A DNA stretch of 64,000 bases. Source: Gloeobacterales cyanobacterium. Lineage in GTDB: Bacteria > Cyanobacteriota > Cyanobacteriia > Gloeobacterales > PMM-0068. Every line of letters begins with the position of its first letter. The stretch's first letter is position 1. The notes below the pieces were generated by a model. That model was given only the letters and a program-made list of their open reading frames with translations. It searched no databases and was not told the DNA's origin. The stretch is from NCBI GenBank assembly GCA_038245785.1, contig JBBRSB010000003.1:96001-160000 (forward strand), read 5' to 3'. Positions 10,893-20,785 of the stretch are shown piece by piece. The translations under genes were made by a program, and so were the position numbers.

Positions 10893-11035
10893 GTGTTTGT
10901 TCTTCTAGATTCAGCGTGGATTGAGTGTGAGCAGAGCAGCACTGGCAGCAGGAAGCGTCGTGACCAAGGACGTGCCTCCGCGCTCGCTTGTAGGAGCAAC
11001 TCAGCGGAGGTGCTCAGAAGCGATATCGAGGTTGG
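10893..11035 (+). pseudogene. Remnant of a hexapeptide-repeat O-acetyltransferase (C-terminal part)
   Basis: Fragments across frames: LDSAWIE / AALAAGSVVTKDVPPRSLVG / NSAEVLRSDIE, resembling ..VWIG..AAGSVVTKDVP..LVGGNPAKVIR. Confidence 0.6.
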
Positions 11036-11183
11036 TCCGTATGGTCGGTTTGCAGAAGATAGTTTGTCAGTATGTTACAAAAAAGGACTGGATAGGAATA
11101 ATGTGGATGCTCTTCTGTACATTTATGGGTCACATGTCTTGAGAAAACAAAGGGATGCTAGAGAGGACAGAACATATACCCAG

Positions 11184-11999
11184 ATGCAGTTGCTTGATCT
11201 GAGCCATTTTGTGGACAAGGGGCACCAGCTTAAAGCAGCTTACGCCGCCGCCGAACCTTTTCCCCATCTTGTCATTGATGATTTTCTGCCACCTGAGGTG
11301 CTGGATGGGATCCTTGAGGAGTTCCCCAATCCTGAGGAGATCGACTGGATCACTTACGACACTAGCGAAGAGAAAACACTACGCTCGAAGTCAGAACTTC
11401 AGATTAGTGAGGCGACCAGACTGCTTCTTTACCAGTTGAATTCCTCCACTTTTTTGAATTTTCTAGAGGAACTCACGGGGATCGAAGGATTAGTCCCAGA
11501 TCCTCACTTCCTAGGGAGTGGTCTGCACCAGACTCTACCAGATGGCTATATGAAGATCCATGTGGATTTCAATCATCACAAACGATTGCCCCTGGAACAT
11601 CGCCTCAATCTGCTGATCTACCTCAATAAGGACTGGCGCGAGGAATACGGCGGGCACCTCGAACTTTGGAATCGGGACATGTCTCAGTGTGTGCGACGTA
11701 TCCTACCTATCTTCAATCGCTGTTTGATCTTCACCTCGACCGAGACCTCCTACCATGGGCATCCTGATCCGCTTACCTGCCCGAAAGACCGTAGCCGCCG
11801 CTCGCTGGCGACGTACTACTACACAATTCCCTCTTCCGGCCTTAGTAGCAACCTTCATAGAACGCTTTGGAAATCTCGACCTGGGGAATCGATACGCTCC
11901 GATGGAACCCGCCGAATCATGAAACGCCTGACGCCACCTATCCTCATTGATGTTTGGCATGCCTTTAAGCGATTTCAGGAGAGGACTCCACAGAAATAG
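11184..11999 (+). CDS. 2OG-Fe(II) oxygenase family protein
   Basis: AEPFPHLVIDDFL, HVDFN, YGGHLELW, SYHGHP and RRSLA motifs. ATG 11184 is preferred because the upstream extension is the acetyltransferase remnant. Confidence 0.85.
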   Translation: MQLLDLSHFVDKGHQLKAAYAAAEPFPHLVIDDFLPPEVLDGILEEFPNPEEIDWITYDTSEEKTLRSKSELQISEATRLLLYQLNSSTFLNFLEELTGIEGLVPDPHFLGSGLHQTLPDGYMKIHVDFNHHKRLPLEHRLNLLIYLNKDWREEYGGHLELWNRDMSQCVRRILPIFNRCLIFTSTETSYHGHPDPLTCPKDRSRRSLATYYYTIPSSGLSSNLHRTLWKSRPGESIRSDGTRRIMKRLTPPILIDVWHAFKRFQERTPQK

Positions 12000-12257
12000 T
12001 ACGGTTCTCTGGCGGAAACTATCGTTTCGTGTTGCTAAAACAGTAGCCTAATAGGTAAACTTCTTCAGTTTTTAGTGCTATCTAACTAGCTAAAGACTTC
12101 CTGTTAAAGGCATTTTTTAGTCTGAACAAAAGTTATAAGATAAGGCTTTTGAGCTAGATTGCCCCTGGTGACAGGCAACTACCATATCTTCGCTAGCTCT
12201 ATGCCGATTTGGCTGACATAGTTCTCAGAATTTACAAGGACTGCTTGGTGCACTTTC

Positions 12258-13012
12258 TAGTGCGCATTTGGAAGCGTTGAACAACACAGATTCACCGTCC
12301 TTATAGATAGCAATGACATAGCAATGACTGTTAACTGACAATCCATCGCTATCTATTCCTACTACTGTTTAGACACACCAGGAGAAATCACACATGTCTT
12401 CTAGAAAAGTTCTTCTTGCTCTAGTTTTGTCCGTAGGTACACTTCTACCCCTGCCTGTACTAGCCCAGACCAAGGATCCCAACCATGCCCAGCGCCTACA
12501 GCAAGCTCAGCAGGACCGCTTAAAAAATGCCCAAGACCCAAATCACGCCCAGCGCGTGCAGCAAGCTAAACAAGATCGGTTAGGCAAAGCCGAGCAAGAC
12601 CGCTTACAAAATGCCAAAGACCCCAACCACGCCCAGCGTCTACAACAAGCAGAACAAGACCGCTTGCAAAATGCTAAAGACCCTAACCATGCCCAGCGCG
12701 TGCAGCAAGCAGAACAAGATCGCTTGCAAAATGCTAAAGACCCCAATCACGCCCAGCGCGTGCAGCAAGCTGAACAAGATCGGTTAGCCAAAGCTAAGCA
12801 AGACCGCTTGCAAAATGCCCAAGATCCTAACCATGCCCAGCGCGTGCTGCAAGCTCAGCAAGACCGATTGAAAAATGCTCAAGATCCCAACCATGCTCAG
12901 CGTCTTCAGCAAGCTGAACAAGATCGGTTAAAACATGCCCAAACGGGACATTAAGCCTGTCTGCTCCCTGTAGCGGTTGGGCTTCCCTCGCCGGAGCAAA
13001 TACAACCGCTAC
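12258..13012 (+). repeat. Copy 2 of the dispersed mini-cassette (intact, repeat-expanded)
   Basis: Shares upstream and downstream non-coding sequence with 5977-6341 and ends in the hairpin gtagcggttg...caaccgctac. Confidence 0.85.
12394..12954 (+). CDS. Secreted low-complexity tandem-repeat protein (7 x DPNHAQR(L/V)QQAxQDRLxNAx)
   Basis: AGGAG RBS; Sec signal ending VLA-Q; 60-nt repeats differing mostly at synonymous sites. Confidence 0.85.
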   Translation: MSSRKVLLALVLSVGTLLPLPVLAQTKDPNHAQRLQQAQQDRLKNAQDPNHAQRVQQAKQDRLGKAEQDRLQNAKDPNHAQRLQQAEQDRLQNAKDPNHAQRVQQAEQDRLQNAKDPNHAQRVQQAEQDRLAKAKQDRLQNAQDPNHAQRVLQAQQDRLKNAQDPNHAQRLQQAEQDRLKHAQTGH

Positions 13013-13071
13013 TGGAGCTAGGGCATGAGTAAAAAATCAACAGAGGTTACTCTACTGGGCCTCAAATCAGA

Positions 13072-14685
13072 TCAGAGGGGATTGAGTGTGAGCATGGCAG
13101 CATTAGCAGGAGGAAGCTCCAAGCTATAGCTGCCATTTTGAGGCATTATCTTTTCGTTGGTGTAGGTACCCAATGGGAGTCCATCCACGGTGCCATCGAA
13201 TGTCTGTCCAGCCAGGGTGACCCCGCTAGTAGCATTGACCGATGGAGCACGAAGGCGCGTTAAAACTCCAGCGGTGCGGGGGCTGGAGAGTTGAATACGA
13301 GCCTTGCCTCCTAGAGCTGTGTCCTTATTTAAGAGAACTACTCGGACCACGCGCTGGGCATCCAGGGTGGCCCATACTTTGATATTCCCCTGGGTAGTTG
13401 TGTTTACGGGCAGTAGACGGGCACTGTTAGCAGTAGCTTGGTTGAATAGGAGAATCCCGTAGTATAGGGGGTTAACTGTTGGAGTGAAGACTGTCTCCCA
13501 GCTATCGCCCGTGCCACTTCGAACGGGACGGGGCGAGAAACGGAACGGCGTATAGTACGCCCCAGTCCCAGAGTGAAAATTCACCCCCCCTACGCCAATC
13601 TGAGCCAAATTAAACATCACATCCGTAGCCCAAAGCGCACTAGCGAAAGAATTACTGACACCATCCTTGCCGCCACAGGCAACTGAGTTGATCTCTGTGA
13701 TGCGTAGAGGCTTTCCATAGCTGCTGGCCTGGGTTGCAAAGGGAGCCACTGCTTGCGCTAAGTCTTGTGCGCTTTTGTCCGCAAGCAAGTTAGCAATAGT
13801 AGGATATGTAGCTGAGCCGGGAGTGGACCAACTACAGGCAGACAGCGGATAGCGATGATAGGTGACAGTCTTGAGCCGAGGAGCCTGGGCTGCCAGAAAA
13901 GAAGGAAGGTATTGCATCCATCCATAAGCCGAGGTTGTGAAGACTGGTCCTCCCAGCGGGACTGGATGAGAGAGTCCTTGAAGGGTGGTGGCGAAGGTGT
14001 CAAACTCCTCCAAGTATTTGGCAAAAGAATAGCCTGCAGGACGGACAAATACAGTCTGACCTGTCAACGGAGATGAGTAATAAGCGTGAGAAGCAAAGAT
14101 ATCAGGCTCATTACCCACTTCAAATGAGTAGATTTTTCCGCTGGGTAGTGCAGCTAGAGCGGCCTGGGCAAACTCTTTGGCGAGGGCAGGATTATTCTGC
14201 CCCAGGTTTAGGCCCAACATCAGACGGCTGCCGTTGGGTGTACTGCCCACAAGGTTTTCTAGGGTGTCATTAGTAATGTCATTCTTAACCCCAACAGGAC
14301 GGGAGCGAAGGGTGGGGTTCCACCATGACTCATCTGTACTGTTGCCGCCAAGGCGCACCATCGGCCAGCCATTTTGGTATGCCCCAAGATTATTGAGCAG
14401 TTGGGTAAAGATAGGGTTGAACCCTGGGCTGCTAAGAACTTGGTTGAAGGTAGAACCCGTTGCCCGCTGACCTGTAAAGTTCTTCAAGTCAGGATATTCA
14501 AGAGAAAAGCCGCTGAATTCACGGGGAATCGACAGAGAAGGATGTTCCGTGTCAATACTCGCCGCTACTACCTCATCAGCACTGAGGGGCAGGGGGGTTT
14601 GAGCCTGCGCTCTATTGCTCCAAAAGCCCATAACGGCTAGCGCCAAGACGATACTTTGTCCCCACTGTTTTGAACGCTTCATCAT
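13072..14685 (-). CDS. Secreted GH79 family (beta-glucuronidase/heparanase-like) hydrolase
   Basis: Signal ending AQA; RLGGNSTD, FEVGNEPD, RITEINSVACGG and GVSNSFASALW motifs. Confidence 0.85.
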   Translation of the reverse strand: MMKRSKQWGQSIVLALAVMGFWSNRAQAQTPLPLSADEVVAASIDTEHPSLSIPREFSGFSLEYPDLKNFTGQRATGSTFNQVLSSPGFNPIFTQLLNNLGAYQNGWPMVRLGGNSTDESWWNPTLRSRPVGVKNDITNDTLENLVGSTPNGSRLMLGLNLGQNNPALAKEFAQAALAALPSGKIYSFEVGNEPDIFASHAYYSSPLTGQTVFVRPAGYSFAKYLEEFDTFATTLQGLSHPVPLGGPVFTTSAYGWMQYLPSFLAAQAPRLKTVTYHRYPLSACSWSTPGSATYPTIANLLADKSAQDLAQAVAPFATQASSYGKPLRITEINSVACGGKDGVSNSFASALWATDVMFNLAQIGVGGVNFHSGTGAYYTPFRFSPRPVRSGTGDSWETVFTPTVNPLYYGILLFNQATANSARLLPVNTTTQGNIKVWATLDAQRVVRVVLLNKDTALGGKARIQLSSPRTAGVLTRLRAPSVNATSGVTLAGQTFDGTVDGLPLGTYTNEKIMPQNGSYSLELPPANAAMLTLNPL

Positions 14686-14993
14686 GTCAATGCCCTGTAC
14701 CCTTGTGGGTATAGGGCACCCTTTTTTTTGCTAGCCTTTGTAAAGCTCTAATCAAGTTTGTATGAGGAAAATTAAGTTTTATAGTTGAATCTAAAAAATA
14801 ATTTTAGGTTCATGACGGTATGTTACAGGGGATAGCTACATGCCTTGTGTGCGTGATTTGGTACTCATGTATTTGCTATTTATACTAAGTAAATGTAGCC
14901 AGGGATACATACGTGGCTGCCCGCCTTCGATACGATAAATTGAGTTCTTCAGTATAATTACGTATAAGCTTGGCACAAAGCATCTATTGAGAA

Positions 14994-15024
14994 AGTATTT
15001 TCCGTATCTTTCACGGAAAATACT
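14994..15024. promoter_or_regulatory. Perfect 12-bp inverted repeat in a divergent intergenic region (possible operator)
   Basis: AGTATTTTCCGT-N7-ACGGAAAATACT, followed by ACTCAGT-N6-ACTGAGT. Confidence 0.4.
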
Positions 15025-15460
15025 CAGTGCTTTAACTGAGTTTGCATGGAAACAACAACTTCATAGCTGTAAAGCTTTTCAAGAAGGAGGAGCGGGCTTC
15101 GTAGGTTTTTTAATCTCGGTCTCTCTTCCACTAGCCTTTTGTCTGCTTGCAGAAGAATAAAGGCGATTGTACGGAGATGGTGTGTCCAAATTCAGACCTG
15201 AAGGCGCTTATTGCAAGAAAAGTAGATTCTAAGGAGTACAGGGAGAAACAAGAAACATCCTTTGTCTTCACTATTAATAAGCTTACCCTGACCCCATTCT
15301 CCACTAACATCTACGACCAGACAGAAGACCAATAGACACTTCTCTTGTAGTGTGCGGCCTGTACTCATGCACTCCTAACCAAAGTCAGTACCGAGCTCTA
15401 GTAGTTTTTCTCAGAGCTTTAAGGGAAACAGCTTGTGACTTCGCATAAAGCCAAAAATAG

Positions 15461-15781
15461 ATGAAAATATCTATCGCCCTAGCAGCCTATAACGGGGAAG
15501 CCTACATTTGGGACCAACTGAAATCCCTAGCAAATCAGACCTATCTTCCGCAAGAGTTAATTGTCTGTGACGAGGGCTCGGTAGACCGAACGCTGTACTG
15601 GGTGGAAAAGTTTGCCGAAATAGCACCCTTTCCTGTTTATATCTACCGTAACGAAAGACCCTTGGGATTGGCAGACAACTTTTTAAGGGCAGCCAGCTTA
15701 TGTGAGGGTGATCTGATTGCCTTTTGTAACCAAGATGAAATTGCCCTGGATTGGTCTATGCGATCAGGGCGGGAACAATGA
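15461..15781 (+). pseudogene. Truncated GT2 glycosyltransferase (N-terminal domain only)
   Basis: ISIALAAYNGEAYI; decayed DDGS (DEGS) and SDQDD (CNQDE); stops after 106 aa. Confidence 0.7.
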
Positions 15782-15930
15782 TAGAACCTGCACACTGTCC
15801 TCCGCAATCCCCTACAACTTGACAGCATAAATTTGATTATGAGCGATGCTTTAAAACTCTTAAATAAACTGTTGGCATGCAACATTGAGTCAAGAGCAAA
15901 GTAGGCAGCCTTGCATAGAGGATTCGGTGA

Positions 15931-16653
15931 ATGATTAAGAGAGTAATTCGAAGCTTTATCAGGAGCCTGGGTTTTGAGCTTTCCAGAGCGAATCTAATTA
16001 CGTCAGAAGTGCTGCAGACAAAACGCTTACTGGACCATCATGAGATTGATTTAGTATTCGATGTCGGGGCAAACTGCGGTCAGTACGCTAGCTTTCTTCG
16101 TGAATGTGGGTACTCTGGAAAAATTATTTCATTCGAGCCCCTTTCTAGTGTTTATACTCAGTTGCTTAATCTAAGTAAGAAAGATCCTCTATGGAATGTT
16201 GCTCCCCGCGTTGCTATTGGAGACCGCAATGATGAAATCACCATTAATATTGCAGGTAACAATAGCCAAAGTAGTTCTGCTTTGAAAATGTTAGAGGCAC
16301 ACTTGAAAGCCGCTCCTGAGTCAGCTTATTGTGGTTCAGAGAGAGTGAAACTCAACCGATTAGATGACATTGCCCAGAAATATATTGAGAAGGATAGTAA
16401 GGTTTTTCTAAAGATAGATGTACAAGGTCTTGAAAAACAAGTTATAGAGGGGACCAAGGGAATCTTGCCGATGATTCAGGGGATTCAAGTTGAATTGTCT
16501 TTAGTTCCTCTTTATCAGGACCAGTTACTTTTCCAGGATACAATAAATCTAATGGATAAGCTGGACTACGAATTGCATTCTGTAGTTCCTAACTTTATTG
16601 ATAATGCAACAGGCCGAGTCCTTCAAATGGATGGAATTTTCTTTAGAAGATGA
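15931..16653 (+). CDS. FkbM family methyltransferase
   Basis: VFDVGANCGQY, ISFEP and LKIDVQGLE motifs. Confidence 0.9.
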   Translation: MIKRVIRSFIRSLGFELSRANLITSEVLQTKRLLDHHEIDLVFDVGANCGQYASFLRECGYSGKIISFEPLSSVYTQLLNLSKKDPLWNVAPRVAIGDRNDEITINIAGNNSQSSSALKMLEAHLKAAPESAYCGSERVKLNRLDDIAQKYIEKDSKVFLKIDVQGLEKQVIEGTKGILPMIQGIQVELSLVPLYQDQLLFQDTINLMDKLDYELHSVVPNFIDNATGRVLQMDGIFFRR

Positions 16654-16873
16654 ATAGGTACATACTTAACAAAGCCCACTGGTTATTTGAGATTCCCCTG
16701 TCAGAAAAGTAACTTTGAACTGTAAGCAGCTTTGCCTCCTACCCTCCAGGAAGGCTGCACCAATATCAACGGGGGCGTAGGCGGAACTCTTATTCGAGTC
16801 ACAATTAAGTTCAGTCTTTTTGCAAAAGATCTAATACAAAGAATAATTTTTTATAGATTCTCAGGAGTTCTAC

Positions 16874-17680
16874 TTGACAGGAAAAATTAAAGAAGGAGGA
16901 ACTCGAAAATGGGATCTATATCAACCATCTTCTTCTCAACTTCCCTTAATCTCAATCATTATCGTAACCTACCAAGCAGCGAAGAGCTTACCCCAAACGC
17001 TGGATAGCGTTATAGCGCAGAACTATCCCTTGATTGAACTGATAATTATTGATGGGGCTTCTAAAGATGAGACCTTGAATGTTATCAAACAATATGAAGA
17101 TCGAATTGATTACTGGTGCAGTGAGTCAGATGAGGGGGTCTATCATGCCTTTAATAAAGGAATAAAGACTGCTAAAGGAGAATGGCTATACTTCTTAGGA
17201 GCTGGAGATGAGTTGGCTGGAATTAATAATTTAGCTCAAATATTTCCAGTTAACCATTTAACTCGATTGATATATGGCAATGTTGCACGAGGGAAAAGAA
17301 TATATGATGGCCCATTTACCCGTGCTAAACTTTGCCATCGAAATATCTGCCAACAAGCTATTTTTTATCATCGTGACTTGTTTGCAGAATTAGGACTTTT
17401 TGATACTCAATACCCTTGGTTGGCTGATTGGGCTTTTAATATCTATTGCTTTAGTCATCCTGAGACAAAACCACATTTTATTGATTTGATTGTCGCTAAC
17501 TATCCAAGCGGAGGAGTCAGTGATACAAGGTATGACTATAGTTTCTATCAAGATTTAGCACAATTGGTTAAAAGTTATGGCATTCAGTATTCTCTATTCA
17601 CCTGGATTTATTGGTGGTTGAAATCTTGGTTTGTCTCTAATAAGCTTCTCGCAAAATCTATGAGAGGAGAATATGTTTAG
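16874..17680 (+). CDS. GT2 glycosyltransferase (WcaE-like)
   Basis: IIIDGASKDET, SESDEGVYHAFNKG and FLGAGD motifs. Confidence 0.88.
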   Translation: MTGKIKEGGTRKWDLYQPSSSQLPLISIIIVTYQAAKSLPQTLDSVIAQNYPLIELIIIDGASKDETLNVIKQYEDRIDYWCSESDEGVYHAFNKGIKTAKGEWLYFLGAGDELAGINNLAQIFPVNHLTRLIYGNVARGKRIYDGPFTRAKLCHRNICQQAIFYHRDLFAELGLFDTQYPWLADWAFNIYCFSHPETKPHFIDLIVANYPSGGVSDTRYDYSFYQDLAQLVKSYGIQYSLFTWIYWWLKSWFVSNKLLAKSMRGEYV

Positions 17681-17807
17681 GGCTATTCAGATCAGTGATG
17701 GGATGGAGTTGCTTAAAGATTCCTGTTTTAAGATTTTCAATTCGTGCGTAGATTATTAGCTTTCCTCTGTGAACCGATGATGTCTTGTTCTTCTCTCCAA
17801 AGGTCTA

Positions 17808-19235
17808 TTGATGACAGTTACAACGCGTCCAAGAGCGATTGCACCTGTTGCAAGTATGTCTTATCCTCGTTGGCCTATGATTGGCCTGCTGATGGCTGCA
17901 GACATCCTGTCCCTCAGCTTCTCAGCAACTCTTGGGTTCTATGCCAGCCATATACTCAATCCAGGTCTTGAACCTGAGCGGTACTGGCAACTGCTACCAG
18001 CCCTCTTCCCTTTTATTCTTGCCTACGCTCTTAAGGGCCTCTACCCCGGAATAGCGCTATCAGGACCGGATGAACTGCGTCGACTCAGCCGTTCTACTAC
18101 CCTGATTTACCTGGCTTTGGGCGCTACAAGCTTTCTTTTTCAAGATGCCGGGACCTATTCCCGAGGTGCTTTTCTCCTTGCTTGGATTTGCTCTCTTGCT
18201 CTAATTCCCCTAAGTCGTGCAGCCGTTCGCTCCCTCTTTGCAGGCAAGCGCTGGTGGGGGTACCCCGTCATTATTTTTGGGTCTGGAAGAACTGCACAGA
18301 AGATAGTCCAGATTCTAAAACACAAACCAGAACTTGGTCTTAATCCTGTTGCTATTTTGAATGATGCCTCAAGAGACTCTGAGTCCTTTACCGTCCGAGA
18401 GGATATGCAATATGCTTCTGCCCTGGCGCAGCTCCATGGCATCCGCTATGCCATTGTTGCCATGCCTGCCATGCCTCGTGACAAATTCTCAGAACTTCTT
18501 GAGCGCTATAGTCAGACCTTTCCGAATCTACTCGTCATTCCTAACCTTTTCGATTTTTCTAGTCTGTGGGTAAGTGCTAAAGATTTAGATGGCTTTCTGG
18601 GGTTTGAGGTGCAACAGAGGCTCCTTATGCCTAGTTCTTTACTGGCCAAGCGTACTTTGGATTTGGCTATTGCTCTGACGGCAGGGTTTCTAAGTTTACC
18701 GCTCATTGCTATGGTGGCCCTCTTGACATGGCTAGATTCACCGGGACCGATTCTTTTTGCCCAGGATAGACCTGGTATGGGTGGTCAGCTCTTCAAAATT
18801 CTGAAGTTTAGAACGATGTATATAGACGCTGAAGAGCGATTTAATAACCTTTCCCCAGAGCTAAGAAAAGAGTTTAAAATCTACGGCAAGATAAAAAATG
18901 ACCCTAGGATTACCCGTGTGGGCAAATGGACTCGCAAACTCAGTCTTGATGAGCTTCCACAATTATGGAATGTCGTAAAAGGGGAAATGAGCTTGGTCGG
19001 TCCTAGACCTTATCTCAAAAGTCAGGTCGTTCAAATGGAAGGGACTGAAGACTTGATTCTAAGGGTTCCCCCAGGAATAACCGGTATCTGGCAAACGAGC
19101 GGACGTAGCACGGTAACCTTTGATGAACGATTGGGAATGGATACCTACTACGTGCGCAACTGGTCCGTTTGGCTGGATATTCATATATTGGCTCGGACCT
19201 TCAAAGTGCTTGTTTTTGGCGATGGAGCCTACTAG
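17808..19235 (+). CDS. wbaP: Undecaprenyl-phosphate galactose phosphotransferase (WbaP-like priming transferase)
   Basis: N-terminal TMs; [35 protein letters not shown] and [10 protein letters not shown] motifs. Confidence 0.85.
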   Translation: MMTVTTRPRAIAPVASMSYPRWPMIGLLMAADILSLSFSATLGFYASHILNPGLEPERYWQLLPALFPFILAYALKGLYPGIALSGPDELRRLSRSTTLIYLALGATSFLFQDAGTYSRGAFLLAWICSLALIPLSRAAVRSLFAGKRWWGYPVIIFGSGRTAQKIVQILKHKPELGLNPVAILNDASRDSESFTVREDMQYASALAQLHGIRYAIVAMPAMPRDKFSELLERYSQTFPNLLVIPNLFDFSSLWVSAKDLDGFLGFEVQQRLLMPSSLLAKRTLDLAIALTAGFLSLPLIAMVALLTWLDSPGPILFAQDRPGMGGQLFKILKFRTMYIDAEERFNNLSPELRKEFKIYGKIKNDPRITRVGKWTRKLSLDELPQLWNVVKGEMSLVGPRPYLKSQVVQMEGTEDLILRVPPGITGIWQTSGRSTVTFDERLGMDTYYVRNWSVWLDIHILARTFKVLVFGDGAY

Positions 19236-19312
19236 TTATAAAGACTAAGCCCATGCCAGAATTATGCGGCTATTTCTAGAAGTTACACGTACTGTTTAGA
19301 TTGGGAGGTTAG

Positions 19313-20782
19313 ATGTTAAGAAATGGATTCTATAACATTGTAGGTGCAAGTATACGAATATTGCTTGCCCTCCTAACTATCCCTGGTCTAATACACCTCA
19401 TCGGGATGAAAGAGTATGGAATATGGACCTTAATTTCATCAACTATAGCTTTAGTTACTTTGGCAGAAGCAGGTCTCTCGATATCAACTACTTTTTTTGT
19501 ATCTTATGATTTAGCTAACAATGATTATGATGGTCTCTCTCAAACACTAACAGCAACTGCGGGTGCGATGTTGTTGATCTCAACCTTGGCTGGAATCGGT
19601 CTATGGCAGGGAGCATCTCTGCTAATGTATTTTTTTCCGACACTAGAAGCATCGCAGAAAATAGCTTGTGTGGAGGCTTTGCAGATTGGGGGGATAGTAG
19701 TATGGGGAAGATTAATTCAACAAGTTCTAGTTGGCATAGAACAGGCTTATCAACAATATGGTTTGATAAATATTCTAAATATAGTGCAGTCTGTATCAAC
19801 CAATTTAGGGATATTGATGGTTGCATGGTTTGGAGGGAAGACCTTAGCCATGATGCAGTTAACGGCACTAGCGACCATTATTTTACTAATTGCTCATATA
19901 GGGGCATGTAGTTGGCTACTTAAAAATATAAAATTGCAATTTGCTTGGAGCGCTAAAAAGAGCAGCGAAATAGTTCGCTACAGCCTGAATACATGGTTTA
20001 CTTCTCTTGGAGGTGCTCTTTTTGGCCAAGTTGATAAACTAATTGTAGGAACTCTATTAGGCGTAGAAAAGCTCGGGGTGTATGCCGCAATTACCAGTGT
20101 GGCGAATCAGATCAATGTAGTTTCATCCTTGCCTGTGCAGCCTCTCCTTCCAATCCTCAGTAATTACTCAAAAAGAGAAAAAGAAAAAGAAAAAAACATA
20201 GCTATGCTGCAAAAGATAAAGCAAGCACTTCAGCTCAATGCAGTAGTTGCTCTGGGCATGGGCATTGGCCTGTTTGCACTAAGTTCTTTGGTGATAACTA
20301 TCATAATTCCTGGTGAAGTAAACAATGACCACACAACGTTATTTCAAATTGCTGTCACAATTTATACCCTCTATTCACTGAATGCAGTTGGTTACTATAC
20401 TCTTTTAGGTGTAAATGCAGTCAAATTGTGTATGTTTACTCAACTAACTGCAGGGCTCTTATCTTTACTATTAATATACTTCGGAGCACAATTTTTTGGT
20501 TTGTATGGAGCAGTTTCAGGAAATGCAGGATACATAGGGACTTATTTATTAACTTTATTTGGAATGCGAAAATTGGGTATTCCCTTTCATGCCTGGGGAG
20601 CATGGACACAGTTCCCTCTCCTATGGTTTATTGTATCGACAATAATGCATATAGCTATTCCAAACATAATTGCCCTAAGAGCGTTTGTCCTGGCACTTCA
20701 AATTGCAGTTTTAGCTTTTTGGTTTATTACTGTGCAAGGTAAGAATATACGAGTCTTTAACTGGAGTATGGCTGAGAGATGA
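19313..20782 (+). CDS. Second polysaccharide flippase (Wzx)
   Basis: Many TM segments; YGIWTL and VDKLIVG..LG...LGVY motifs. Confidence 0.85.
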   Translation: MLRNGFYNIVGASIRILLALLTIPGLIHLIGMKEYGIWTLISSTIALVTLAEAGLSISTTFFVSYDLANNDYDGLSQTLTATAGAMLLISTLAGIGLWQGASLLMYFFPTLEASQKIACVEALQIGGIVVWGRLIQQVLVGIEQAYQQYGLINILNIVQSVSTNLGILMVAWFGGKTLAMMQLTALATIILLIAHIGACSWLLKNIKLQFAWSAKKSSEIVRYSLNTWFTSLGGALFGQVDKLIVGTLLGVEKLGVYAAITSVANQINVVSSLPVQPLLPILSNYSKREKEKEKNIAMLQKIKQALQLNAVVALGMGIGLFALSSLVITIIIPGEVNNDHTTLFQIAVTIYTLYSLNAVGYYTLLGVNAVKLCMFTQLTAGLLSLLLIYFGAQFFGLYGAVSGNAGYIGTYLLTLFGMRKLGIPFHAWGAWTQFPLLWFIVSTIMHIAIPNIIALRAFVLALQIAVLAFWFITVQGKNIRVFNWSMAER

Positions 20783-20785
20783 AAG

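Noticed and set aside
10893..11183. 97-aa N-terminal extension of the 2OG-Fe(II) oxygenase
   Set aside because: Explained by acetyltransferase debris in an open frame; oxygenase similarity starts near Met 11184.
12470..12940. 60-nt tandem repeats as a possible CRISPR array
   Set aside because: No unique spacers; the repeats are in frame in a signal-peptide ORF and vary mainly at synonymous sites; no cas genes nearby.
14860..14873. Possible cyanobacterial LexA box (ggtactcatgtatt)
   Set aside because: Mismatch in the right half-site and too short to support without a scan.
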